Shown one piece after another: positions 40,688 through 49,689 of a stretch of DNA of 64,000 bases (position 1 is its first letter; each line of letters opens with the position of its first letter). Source of the stretch: Candidatus Micrarchaeota archaeon (GTDB lineage: Archaea; Micrarchaeota; Micrarchaeia; Micrarchaeales; CABMGC01); NCBI GenBank assembly GCA_021797745.1, contig JAJZZD010000005.1, forward strand, positions 1,438 to 65,437, read 5' to 3'. The notes beneath the pieces were generated by a model. It was given only the letters and a program-made list of their open reading frames with translations. It did not search any database and was not told the DNA's origin. The translations under genes were made by a program, and so were the position numbers.

Positions 40688-40885
40688 ATGCACATGCGTG
40701 ATTTGAAATCGCTAGACGCTAACGCGCTCAATGCAAAGCTTGGACAGCTAAGGCTTGAGCTGGCGATAGAAAAAAGGAAAATAAGCTCTACTGGGGTTCA
40801 GAGCAAGAAGGGCAAAGTCCGCGAAATGCGCAGAACTATAGCGCAAATACTTACTATTCTTAAAGAGAGAGGAGTGACCGTCTAA
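40688..40885 (+). CDS. rpl29: 50S ribosomal protein L29
   Basis: KVREMRRTIAQILT; operon position. Confidence 0.93.
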   Translation: MHMRDLKSLDANALNAKLGQLRLELAIEKRKISSTGVQSKKGKVREMRRTIAQILTILKERGVTV

Positions 40886-41190
40886 TGGCTGAAATGTGCC
40901 CAAAATGCGGCCTACCAAAAGAGATCTGCGTATGCGACATACTGGACAGGGAAGTTGCGCGCAGAATCAAAGTTTATTCTGCCAAGGCAAAATTCAGAAA
41001 GTATGTGACCATAGTAGAAGGACTCGCAGGCGATGAGCTCGAGAAGACGGCAAAAGAGCTGAAGAACAAGCTTGCCTGCGGCGGCACGTTCAAGAACGGC
41101 GTGATTGAATTGCAGGGAGATCACAAGCAGGAAGTTAAGAAGCTGCTTTCGCAGCTAGGCTATCCGGAAAGCAGTGTCGACGTCCTGTAG
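40885..41190 (+). CDS. sui1: Translation initiation factor aIF1 (SUI1)
   Basis: CPKCGLPKEICVC, LKNKLACGGT, IELQGDH. Confidence 0.95.
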   Translation: MAEMCPKCGLPKEICVCDILDREVARRIKVYSAKAKFRKYVTIVEGLAGDELEKTAKELKNKLACGGTFKNGVIELQGDHKQEVKKLLSQLGYPESSVDVL

Positions 41191-41296
41191 CGTTTCATAA
41201 TACACTGCCGCACGCGCCATACGCGGCAGCCAATATGCTTATGTCAAACCTATGCATATATGCGTAAATAATTTCCCAGCCTTTTTTTTACTGTAA

Positions 41297-41545
41297 ATGC
41301 AAATGATGAATGCTATGGATTGGATGATAGATGTAGCAGAGACAGTACTGCACGATTTCAAGAAAGCATGGGGCAAAAGGAAAACAGAAGTGGGCAAGAT
41401 GCCTGACGATGTCTCTGAGCGCGTAATGGCCATGGATAAACAGATTGAAACTGTAGAAAAAGAAATGGAGAAACTGAAAAAGCAGGACATAGCCTTGGAC
41501 AGATGGTACGACGATTTCATGCGCACCAACCACAAAGGAAAATAG
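41297..41545 (+). CDS. Small Met-rich coiled-coil hypothetical protein
   Basis: 82-aa ORF with a heptad-like charged helix. Confidence 0.5.
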   Translation: MQMMNAMDWMIDVAETVLHDFKKAWGKRKTEVGKMPDDVSERVMAMDKQIETVEKEMEKLKKQDIALDRWYDDFMRTNHKGK

Positions 41546-41656
41546 TCACGCCCGCACACCCGGCCGAAGGCGGCAGCCACTGCCGTTTATTCCACTGCAT
41601 GAATGCGCAGTCGTCAGCTCCGAAATGCAAATAAATTGCAATGCTGAAATGGTTTT

Positions 41657-43063
41657 ATGTTTGACCAATTTATTCTGCCTGTACTGGCGCTGTTGCCTTT
41701 CCTTTTCGTTGTTCCAGTCCTGCTGCTTAATGACAAGCACTCTTTCAAGATATCAGTGCTGGCTTCAGCAATTTCGCTAATTCTATCTATTTGCGCCGTA
41801 TATGTGGGAAATGCAGCCGGAATGTCACAGCTCCAATTTTCCTACAGCTACATAAACGCGCTGGGCACAGGCCTGAGCTTCCAGATGAATGACCTCACGC
41901 AGATGCTTGTGCTTATGACTTCTGTAGTGTTTCTTGCCGCGGCCATATCATCAAGCAGCTTCATAAAGGAAAGCAAAAAACTGTACAACTCCCTGTTCCT
42001 TCTCGCGCTAGGCTCATCGCTCGGTCTTTTCCTTTCGGGCAGCATGCTTTTCTTCTACGTGTTCTGGGAAATCGGGGAAGTGGCAATGTTCTTCATAATA
42101 TACGTTTTTGGCGGATACGACAGAAAATATGCTGCGGTAAAATTCCTTGTTTATTCCATAGCAGCAAGCCTCATGCTACTTATTGGAATAATCTTGCTTT
42201 ACACAAGCGTGCCTGTGCCTACGTTCGCGCTCAGCCAGATAGCTGCCTCAGCCGCATCGATTCCGCACAGCACGCAGCTGCTTGTTTTCGTGTTGCTGGC
42301 TCTCGCGTTCATGATAAAAATACCAGTGTTTCCTTTCCATGGCTGGCTTCCTGACGCTCATACTGAGGCCCCGACTCCTGGAAGCATGATACTTGCAGGA
42401 ACACTGCTCAAATATGGAGGCTACGGCCTGTTTCTCCTGTTTCTCATAGACCCTGTCGCGCAGCATTACGCCATGTACCTTGCGGTACTGTTCGGCTTCT
42501 CTGCAGTTTACGCCGCATTTGTGGCGATAATGCAGAATCACCTTAAGCGCGCAATAGCATACATAAGCATAATCGACATGGGAATAGTTGCAATAGGACT
42601 TGCCGCGTTGAACGTATACGGAAACACCGGCGCGTTTTACGGCATGTTGAGCCATGGATTCATCATCTCGCTTCTGTTCCTTCTTGCCGGAGCAATAGAT
42701 GAGTCGTTCGGGACGCTGCTGATAAACAGGATAAGAGGCGTTGCTAAAAGCGTAGGATATGTCGCATACATATTTCTTTTCGCTGTTTTTGCGCTTATAG
42801 GATTGCCGCTCACAACTGCTTTCGTAGCTGATATTTTTATCTTTTCAGGTGCGTTTACGGCATTCGGCATAGCCGGGCTTGCACCGCTAGGCGCAATACT
42901 CATATTAGCCGCATACTTGTTTTGGATCCTCGAGAGGATGTTCTTCAACACAGAAAAGCACACCGAACCTTATGCAAGCCCTGGAGCAGGGATAAAATAT
43001 TCTGCCGCGCTGCTCGTCCTGTTTATTTTATCGCTCGGCATTTTCCCATTTGTGCTGATCTGA
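41657..43063 (+). CDS. nuoM: Complex I subunit M (antiporter-like), detached from the nuo operon
   Basis: FYVFWE, AAVKFLVY, KIPVFPFHGWLPDAHTEAPT, LAGTLLKYGGYG, MLSHG. Confidence 0.9.
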   Translation: MFDQFILPVLALLPFLFVVPVLLLNDKHSFKISVLASAISLILSICAVYVGNAAGMSQLQFSYSYINALGTGLSFQMNDLTQMLVLMTSVVFLAAAISSSSFIKESKKLYNSLFLLALGSSLGLFLSGSMLFFYVFWEIGEVAMFFIIYVFGGYDRKYAAVKFLVYSIAASLMLLIGIILLYTSVPVPTFALSQIAASAASIPHSTQLLVFVLLALAFMIKIPVFPFHGWLPDAHTEAPTPGSMILAGTLLKYGGYGLFLLFLIDPVAQHYAMYLAVLFGFSAVYAAFVAIMQNHLKRAIAYISIIDMGIVAIGLAALNVYGNTGAFYGMLSHGFIISLLFLLAGAIDESFGTLLINRIRGVAKSVGYVAYIFLFAVFALIGLPLTTAFVADIFIFSGAFTAFGIAGLAPLGAILILAAYLFWILERMFFNTEKHTEPYASPGAGIKYSAALLVLFILSLGIFPFVLI

Positions 43064-43109
43064 GCTGTCATAATGACATGAGCACATCTAAATAAGCATA
43101 TCTGAATAT

Positions 43110-43625
43110 TTATTTTATAATTTCCTGCTCCTCTTCCGCATAGCCTGTGTCTATGATCTCCTTGAAAAGTCCTATGAGATAACTCGCATTTTTAATTATG
43201 TCCGTTTGCGTAAGAATTCCAGTAAGCTTCCCGTCGCCGTTTACAACTACTAGCCTGTTTATTTTGTTGTTTATCATTTTCTTAACCGAGTCCTCGAGCG
43301 ATTCGCGTTCGTTGGCTGTTATTACCGGGCTGCTCATCACATGCTTTGCCTTTGTGAAAAGCAAGCTCTTTCTTCTTGAAAGCAGCCTCCTGACTATGTC
43401 TCCTTCAGTCACTATGCCTACTGGCCTGCCTTCCCTGTCATTTATCAGCACCGTGTCTATGTCGTACTTTTTCATCAGCTGCGCTACCTTTCTCACATCT
43501 GAATTTTCATCAGTTGCCACCACCGGATAGCTCATTGCCTCCCTTACGAATATGTCTGTTTTATCTGCATAACCAGAGATTCTCCTGTTTCCCTCCACGA
43601 AATCACCGATTAAATAATCATTCAA
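43110..43625 (-). CDS. CBS-pair domain protein
   Basis: VREAMSYPVV, GIVTEGDI, VMSSPVIT, GILTQTDI. Confidence 0.9.
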   Translation of the reverse strand: MNDYLIGDFVEGNRRISGYADKTDIFVREAMSYPVVATDENSDVRKVAQLMKKYDIDTVLINDREGRPVGIVTEGDIVRRLLSRRKSLLFTKAKHVMSSPVITANERESLEDSVKKMINNKINRLVVVNGDGKLTGILTQTDIIKNASYLIGLFKEIIDTGYAEEEQEIIK

Positions 43626-43688
43626 AAGTATTTAAATGAGGCTTTGAACTTCTTTTACATTCCTCTATTTGCCGCGAAAGCAGCAGCC

Positions 43689-44438
43689 TCATTCCAGCTC
43701 AAGCACTATCGGCGCATGGTCTGACCCCGTTACATTTTCCAATATCTTTGAATCGGTTACGTTCTTCGCGAGCCTTTCGGAAATTACCGCATAATCTATG
43801 CGCCAGCCTATGTTTCTTTGTCTTGCAAGGCTCCTATAAGTCCACCACGTATAATTTCCGCCGCCTTTTTTGAACATTCTGAATGTATCAACATATCCTC
43901 CTTTCAGGAATTCGGTCATCCACTTTCTTTCCTTCTCTGTGAACCCCGCATTTCCTTCGTTTTCCTTGGGCCTTGCTATGTCTATTTCTTCGTGCGCAAC
44001 GTTGAAGTCGCCACAGATTACGACAGGCTTTACTTTCTCCAATTCATGTATGAATTCTGCGAATGCACTGTTGTACTGAAGCTTGAAATCCAGCCGCGAC
44101 AATTCCCTGCGCGAATTGGGAAAATAGGTATTTATTACAAAAAAATCTTCGAGCTCCAACGTCATTGTCCTAGCTTCTGAATCAAATTCTTCTTTGCCGA
44201 TTCCGTAGCTTATAGAAAGCGGCCTTATCTTAGTTAAAGCCAGAAGTCCGCTGTAGCCTCTTTTTGCAGCAGGATACAGGAAGCTAAGGTAACCATTGCC
44301 GGCCAGTTCTTTAGGAAGTACGTCCGCTTTTACCTCCTGAAATAATAGCACATCATATTTCTGTGAATTGACAAGCCCGGCCAAGCCCTTTTTTACCGCG
44401 CTTCGTATGCCGTTAACATTCCAAGAAAGAATTTTCAA
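43689..44438 (-). CDS. xth: Exodeoxyribonuclease III / AP endonuclease
   Basis: SWNVNGIR, QEVK, YFPN, CGDFNVAH, GWRIDY, SDHAP. Confidence 0.95.
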   Translation of the reverse strand: MKILSWNVNGIRSAVKKGLAGLVNSQKYDVLLFQEVKADVLPKELAGNGYLSFLYPAAKRGYSGLLALTKIRPLSISYGIGKEEFDSEARTMTLELEDFFVINTYFPNSRRELSRLDFKLQYNSAFAEFIHELEKVKPVVICGDFNVAHEEIDIARPKENEGNAGFTEKERKWMTEFLKGGYVDTFRMFKKGGGNYTWWTYRSLARQRNIGWRIDYAVISERLAKNVTDSKILENVTGSDHAPIVLELE

Positions 44439-44740
44439 CCACGCACCTGCTGTTTTCTTGCTATCGTTACCCTTCCTCTCCTTAACTCCTCGCCGAGCCG
44501 TTTAAGAGTGGCCATATCGGACAGGCCGCCCAGGGAAAAGAAACTAGTTCTCTGCCTGCCGAAAACCCTTAATGCGTGCCTAATGTCTTTTTTTAAGTCA
44601 CCAGTAACTTTGTCTATTGTAATTCTCAGCTCACCGTCTTCCTTGCCCGCAGTATATTCCCATCCGCTTCCAGTGTCTACGACTACTATTTTTTCAGCAG
44701 CGTCAGTTTTTCCTGATCTCACAACATTAGTTATTCTCAA
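44435..44740 (-). CDS. Hypothetical protein
   Basis: 101-aa ORF overlapping the xth start by 4 nt; GTGAT RBS. Confidence 0.55.
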   Translation of the reverse strand: MRITNVVRSGKTDAAEKIVVVDTGSGWEYTAGKEDGELRITIDKVTGDLKKDIRHALRVFGRQRTSFFSLGGLSDMATLKRLGEELRRGRVTIARKQQVRG

Positions 44741-44853
44741 AACATCACAAATTAATCGCGCAGTTCTTGCTTATTAGATTTTCCAAGAAAACAGAGCCGA
44801 ACATTTCCTAAGCTATTGCGCAATCTGAACGAATGCCTGCATAAAAAGAAAAC

Positions 44854-44876
44854 TGCCGCAGCGTTGTGCTGCGGCA
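44854..44876 (-). terminator. Perfect 9-bp hairpin followed by a U-tract
   Basis: TGCCGCAGC-GTTGT-GCTGCGGCA, followed on the minus strand by GTTTTCTTTTT, just downstream of the stop at 44894. Confidence 0.45.
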
Positions 44877-44893
44877 AACGCACCTTTCTTCTA

Positions 44894-45067
44894 TTACTTG
44901 GACCCTCTTTCTTCCAGTGCCATCCAAACCAGGTCAGCAATAAGTATTATTGCACCTAGATATATCGGCAGGGGAAAGAATGCATACCCCGGGTATACAA
45001 GATAGATCCAGTACAGGTCAGCCAACAGGATTATTACTCCCATTAGCATTCCGAATCCAAATTTCAT
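44894..45067 (-). CDS. Small 2-TM protein with an internal repeat
   Basis: GVIILLADLYWI and GAIILIADLVWM repeated helices. Confidence 0.6.
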   Translation of the reverse strand: MKFGFGMLMGVIILLADLYWIYLVYPGYAFFPLPIYLGAIILIADLVWMALEERGSK

Positions 45068-45176
45068 TTCATTACCTGAAATACATACACGACAAACTTT
45101 AAATACTCTAATGCCACGCCTATCGTCAATAGGCATGCTCGCATGCCAATAACGACAGTGGCGCAATCCCAGATAT

Positions 45177-45773
45177 TTATTTCTGCAGCTCTGCCAGCAT
45201 GTTCTTTATAGCTTGCATTATTCGATTTATGGCTTCATCAGCAATTTTTCTATTATCCTGAGTCTCAGCCGGATTTTTTGCGTGAAGTGCGTCTTCTCCG
45301 ATCCATCTTTTTCCTCCCCCTGCAGCAACCATCTTTTCCAGTTTGCTGCTGCTTATCCTCATGGTGCTGCCCTCAAAATCAAAGAAATAATCGTCGTCGG
45401 TATCTACGCCATAAAGTTTCAGTATCTGTTCTGACTCGGACATGACCAGATAGCCCAATGATCCATACTGTGTTTTGAGTAATTCGCCGAAATCAGCAAG
45501 CAGTTTATTGAGAATTTCTTCCTTTTTGGCAACAGCCTGTTCCGGGCTCAATGTTTGTAGGTCCTTCATTTCTGGATTCTCAATTTCCTCAATATCTAAT
45601 TCAACTGACTGCACTCCGGTGAGTATTTCCAACTTTTCCTCCAGCGCTTTTATGTGGTTGATTAGCGGCTCGTTTTCTATGTTCTTGTATATTCGTTCGA
45701 TTTTTCCTGAGGCAGAATTGACTACTGTGGCTGCAGGCTTGCCTGTAAACTGTATTTCTTCGTTTGGATACAT
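45177..45773 (-). CDS. Acidic hypothetical protein
   Basis: 198-aa ORF with no recognised motif. Confidence 0.55.
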   Translation of the reverse strand: MYPNEEIQFTGKPAATVVNSASGKIERIYKNIENEPLINHIKALEEKLEILTGVQSVELDIEEIENPEMKDLQTLSPEQAVAKKEEILNKLLADFGELLKTQYGSLGYLVMSESEQILKLYGVDTDDDYFFDFEGSTMRISSSKLEKMVAAGGGKRWIGEDALHAKNPAETQDNRKIADEAINRIMQAIKNMLAELQK

Positions 45774-45855
45774 AAAATCAGCAAAATCGCATTTTGCACA
45801 ATCTGATTAATTTAGTCGATAGATATTTTATGTCGTGTGACAATAAGCTGCTACC

Positions 45856-48522
45856 TTAAACAGTGGACGCAGCAGCGAACTTTTTCTTAAGCTCCGCCTG
45901 CGCAGCAGCAAGCCTTGCAACCGGAACGCGGTACGGTGAACAACTCACGTAGTCAAGCCCCGTTTCGTTGAAGAACTCTATTGACTTAGGGTCTCCGCCA
46001 GTTTCCCCGCACACTCCGACAACTAACTTTTTGTTTTTGTCTTTTCCTTCTGAAGTGGCAATTGACACAAGTCTTCCCACGCCGTCGTAGTCCAAGGTTC
46101 CGAATGGATTTTCCGCAATTAATTTGTTTTCGATGTAAAACGGCATGAGTTTTGATTCCACATCGTCTCTGCTAAAGGCAAATGTCGCTTGTGTGAGGTC
46201 GTTTGTCCCGAATGAGAAAAAGTCGGCATACTCTGCAATTGTTTTTGCAGTCAATGCGGCCCTGGGCGTTTCTATCATTGTGCCAACTTTATAACTGATT
46301 GAAACTCCGTAGTCATTCAAAATCCTATCTGCAGTTTTCTCCACTATCTCGCGTGCCTTTCTAAATTCACCCACCGTAGCCACCTGCGAAATCATGATTT
46401 CGGGTTCGACGTCCACCCCATCTTTCTTAAGCTCCGCCGCAGCCTCCATTATCGCCTCAACCTGCATCACATATATCTCAGGATACATGAGCGAGAGCCT
46501 GACACCTCGCTGCCCCATCATTGGATTGTACTCCCTCAATTCATTGACGCGTCTGAGTACCTTTTCACTTTCTTTCAGCTCCTCACTCCCTTTTCTTTTC
46601 ATTCTGAGTTCAGTGACTTTTACTAGTATGTCGTCCAATTTCGGCAGGAATTCATGCAGCGGCACGTCAAGGAGCCTTATCGTGACGGGAAGGCCGTGCA
46701 TGGCTTTGAGTATGTTTTTGAAATCGCCCTTCTGCATAGGTTTTATTTCATCCAAGTACTTTCTCCTTTCCTCAGCAGTGCCCGCAAGTATCATTTTCCT
46801 GACGATGTCAAGCCTCTCCTGCACATTGAACATGCGCTCCGTCCTGTCAAGGCCTATTCCCTGCGCGCCGTTTTGCCTTGCCTTCTCTGCCATTTCAGGA
46901 GTATCTGCATTTGCCATTACCTGGAGCCTCCTGAACTTATCGGCCCATTCGAGCAGCGCGGCGACGTCGCCTGAAATTTTCGGTTCAACGAGCGGCATTT
47001 CGCCAGCGAACACAAGCCCGCTTCCCCCGTCTATTGTTATCATATCTCCTTTTTTGAGCGTCTTGCCTTTTACATTTAGAGAATCGCGCCGCACGTCTAT
47101 TTTCATTTCCTCCGCGCCAACTATGCATGGTTTGCCCATACCTCTTGTCACAACCGCCGCATGGCTTGTCATGCCTCCGCGGCTCGTGAGCACGCCATCT
47201 GCTGCCGCTATTCCTGCTATGTCCTCGGGCGTGGTTTCCGGCCTTACTAATATTATTTTCTCATTCTTTTTTCTTGCCGACTGTGCATCTTCTACTGTGA
47301 ACACTATCTTTCCTATCGCAGCGCCAGGAGCTGCAGGAAGCCCCTTAGCCAGCGGTTCTGCCTTCGCATTTTTGTCGATTTGTTTGTAAAGCAGCCTCTC
47401 CAACTGGCCTGTTTCCACCCTTAAAACCGCTTCCTCTTTCGATATTAATTTTTCTTTTGCCATGTCCAATGCTATTTTTACCGCCGCATTCGCCGTTCTT
47501 TTACCGTTTCTTGTCTGCAGCATGTACAGTTTGCCACTCTCAACAGTGAACTCTATGTCCTGCATGTCCTTGAAATGCCCCTCTAGTGTTTTGAAAATGC
47601 TCATTAATTCATCATAAGCTTTCGGGACCTGTTCTCTGAGCCTGCTGACAGGCTCCGGAGTTCTTATCCCTGCGACAACGTCCTCGCCCTGCGCCTTCAT
47701 CAGGAACTCCCCGTAAACCTTCTTTTCGCCAGTCGATGGGTCCCTGGTAAAAGCTACGCCCGTTCCTGATTTATCGTCGAAATTTCCATATACCATCATG
47801 ACCACGTTAACAGCAGTTCCAAGGCTGTCGGATATGTTGTATATCTTCCTGTACTCTATCGCGCGCTGGTTCCACCAGGAATTAAACACTGCGCCTATTG
47901 CCATCATAAGCTGCTCCCTCGGTTCTTGCGGCAGCTCCTTTCCAGTATCCTTCTTTATCAACTCCTTGTATCTTTTCACAACCTCTTGCCAGCCTTCCGC
48001 GCTGACGCTTACATCATTTTTCGCTCCTGACTCTTCCTTGTACCTTTCCAGTATCGTGTCGAACTTTTCTCCAGGAACATTCATTACTATCTTTCCAAAC
48101 AGCTGAATGAATCTGCGGTACGTGTCATATGCAAAACGCGCGTCGCCAGTCTTGCTAGAAAGCGCTTCTGCTATCCTGTCGTTTATGCCGAGGTTTAACA
48201 CGGTGTCCATCATTCCGGGCATCGACATCGGCGCTCCGGACCTGACAGAAACAAGGAGCGGTTTTCCGGCATCGTCAAACTTTTTGCCAGTATTCCTCTC
48301 AAGTTTCAAAACATTATTAAGAATTGATTTCTCAAGTTCAGGCCACATTCTCTTGCCTTTTTTGAAAAATTCGTTGCACATGTTAGTGGTTATTACGAAC
48401 CCTGCAGGCACAGGCAATCCGAGCTTTGTCATCTCGACCAGACCGAAACCCTTTCCGCCAAGGACTTTCTTGCTAATATCTTTTTTTGGTACCTCGTCGA
48501 ACAAGAACACTTCTGCTTTCAT
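45856..48522 (-). CDS. ppdK: Pyruvate, phosphate dikinase
   Basis: LGGKG, SVRSGA.MSMPGMMDT, AQGEDVVAGIRTP, GGMTSHAAVV (phospho-His), FSFGTNDLTQ, GVCGE. Confidence 0.97.
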   Translation of the reverse strand: MKAEVFLFDEVPKKDISKKVLGGKGFGLVEMTKLGLPVPAGFVITTNMCNEFFKKGKRMWPELEKSILNNVLKLERNTGKKFDDAGKPLLVSVRSGAPMSMPGMMDTVLNLGINDRIAEALSSKTGDARFAYDTYRRFIQLFGKIVMNVPGEKFDTILERYKEESGAKNDVSVSAEGWQEVVKRYKELIKKDTGKELPQEPREQLMMAIGAVFNSWWNQRAIEYRKIYNISDSLGTAVNVVMMVYGNFDDKSGTGVAFTRDPSTGEKKVYGEFLMKAQGEDVVAGIRTPEPVSRLREQVPKAYDELMSIFKTLEGHFKDMQDIEFTVESGKLYMLQTRNGKRTANAAVKIALDMAKEKLISKEEAVLRVETGQLERLLYKQIDKNAKAEPLAKGLPAAPGAAIGKIVFTVEDAQSARKKNEKIILVRPETTPEDIAGIAAADGVLTSRGGMTSHAAVVTRGMGKPCIVGAEEMKIDVRRDSLNVKGKTLKKGDMITIDGGSGLVFAGEMPLVEPKISGDVAALLEWADKFRRLQVMANADTPEMAEKARQNGAQGIGLDRTERMFNVQERLDIVRKMILAGTAEERRKYLDEIKPMQKGDFKNILKAMHGLPVTIRLLDVPLHEFLPKLDDILVKVTELRMKRKGSEELKESEKVLRRVNELREYNPMMGQRGVRLSLMYPEIYVMQVEAIMEAAAELKKDGVDVEPEIMISQVATVGEFRKAREIVEKTADRILNDYGVSISYKVGTMIETPRAALTAKTIAEYADFFSFGTNDLTQATFAFSRDDVESKLMPFYIENKLIAENPFGTLDYDGVGRLVSIATSEGKDKNKKLVVGVCGETGGDPKSIEFFNETGLDYVSCSPYRVPVARLAAAQAELKKKFAAASTV

Positions 48523-48801
48523 TTATTCACCATCAATCGAAACACAACCGATATATTTGTATTATCTTTTCCCTTCCGCGCATACGGTACACATTCCCTT
48601 GTTGCTTATGTAGTGGAGTTCGCAGACATGTTTGCCGCATAGCGTGCATACATGCAGGCTTGGCATGCCGCATATGTAGCATAAAGTATGTACGTCAGGC
48701 ATGATATCACGGGCGTTGCCAGAATACCTGCTCATAAATAAGCAGTGAATTACTTACTTGGCTAACTAATTGTTTGCGAATAACCTTTTACATGTTTGCT
48801 G

Positions 48802-49422
48802 TCATTTCGTTATTCCACGTTTCTCGAGACTCTTTACCTCTCTCTCCAACTCAAAGATGCTCTTTTCCAGCACATAGCGCAGGAACACAACGATAATGAC
48901 TCCCAGCACAATCACTAATATGCCGCCATAGCTTATGTGAAATAATACAAAGGCAAACGCTATGGCCGCAGCAGGAGGATGGTCGCTTCTTGTGATAACG
49001 CTTAGCACTATCACTCCGAACAAAACAAATGCGGAAATGATATATATGGGAAACACTGCTAGACCAAGGCTTCCAAGAAATCCTATTACTCCCGCTATTA
49101 AATAACTTTTAACGAACTTTCCTATTTTTGCCATTTTTGAATTTGGCATTATGAACATTATGAAAATACTGCTTGCAAAAGAAGAAAATATAACTGCGGA
49201 TGTGCCAACGCCAGATATCGCATCTATCTTAAAATAAACAAGCAGGAAGACAAGCATTGAAAGTGCAACCGATGCCAGAATCGCAGGAACTATCCGTATT
49301 TTCATTCTGCCTAAAGCTTCCCTGACGTTTTCAGGCTCGTGCTCTATGTATCCTTTTACTGTTTTGTAACTATTTGTGTTTATTCCGTCTATTCTGTGCC
49401 TGCGACTTTTTATTTTTGCCAT
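48802..49422 (-). CDS. HPP-family membrane protein
   Basis: SSFASS, SDHPPAAA. Confidence 0.85.
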   Translation of the reverse strand: MAKIKSRRHRIDGINTNSYKTVKGYIEHEPENVREALGRMKIRIVPAILASVALSMLVFLLVYFKIDAISGVGTSAVIFSSFASSIFIMFIMPNSKMAKIGKFVKSYLIAGVIGFLGSLGLAVFPIYIISAFVLFGVIVLSVITRSDHPPAAAIAFAFVLFHISYGGILVIVLGVIIVVFLRYVLEKSIFELEREVKSLEKRGITK

Positions 49423-49479
49423 ACTTTCTATTTGAATATCTTTATTTATTAAAGCAGATGCGAATCCATTGCTTAATTG

Positions 49480-49685
49480 TCAGAACCGGCGCAATCGCAA
49501 GAATATAACAATTATGGCTCCGGATACAATGACTATTATTCCAGAGTAGTCTCTGCGGAATAGAACGAATGCAAATGCCAGAGCCGCGGCAGGCTGGCGG
49601 CCGCTCCCATCACCGTGCTCAACACTATGATTCCGCGCAATACTGGCGTCGAAACAATGAATAATAGAAATATTGCCAGAACCTC
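49480..49685 (-). pseudogene. Degenerate duplicate of the C-terminal half of the adjacent HPP gene
   Basis: LAIFLLFIVSTPVLRGIIVLST [frameshift] SGRQPAAALAFAFVLFRRDYSGIIVIVSGAIIVIFLR aligns with LAVFPIYIISAFVLFGVIVLSVITRSDHPPAAAIAFAFVLFHISYGGILVIVLGVIIVVFLR. Confidence 0.8.
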
Positions 49686-49689
49686 ATTG

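Noticed and set aside
46394..47389. 331-aa antisense ORF in ppdK, and many similar antisense ORFs over gyrAB, nuo and ribosomal genes
   Set aside because: These are shadow frames of conserved genes, with Ser/Phe/Ile-rich composition and no motifs.
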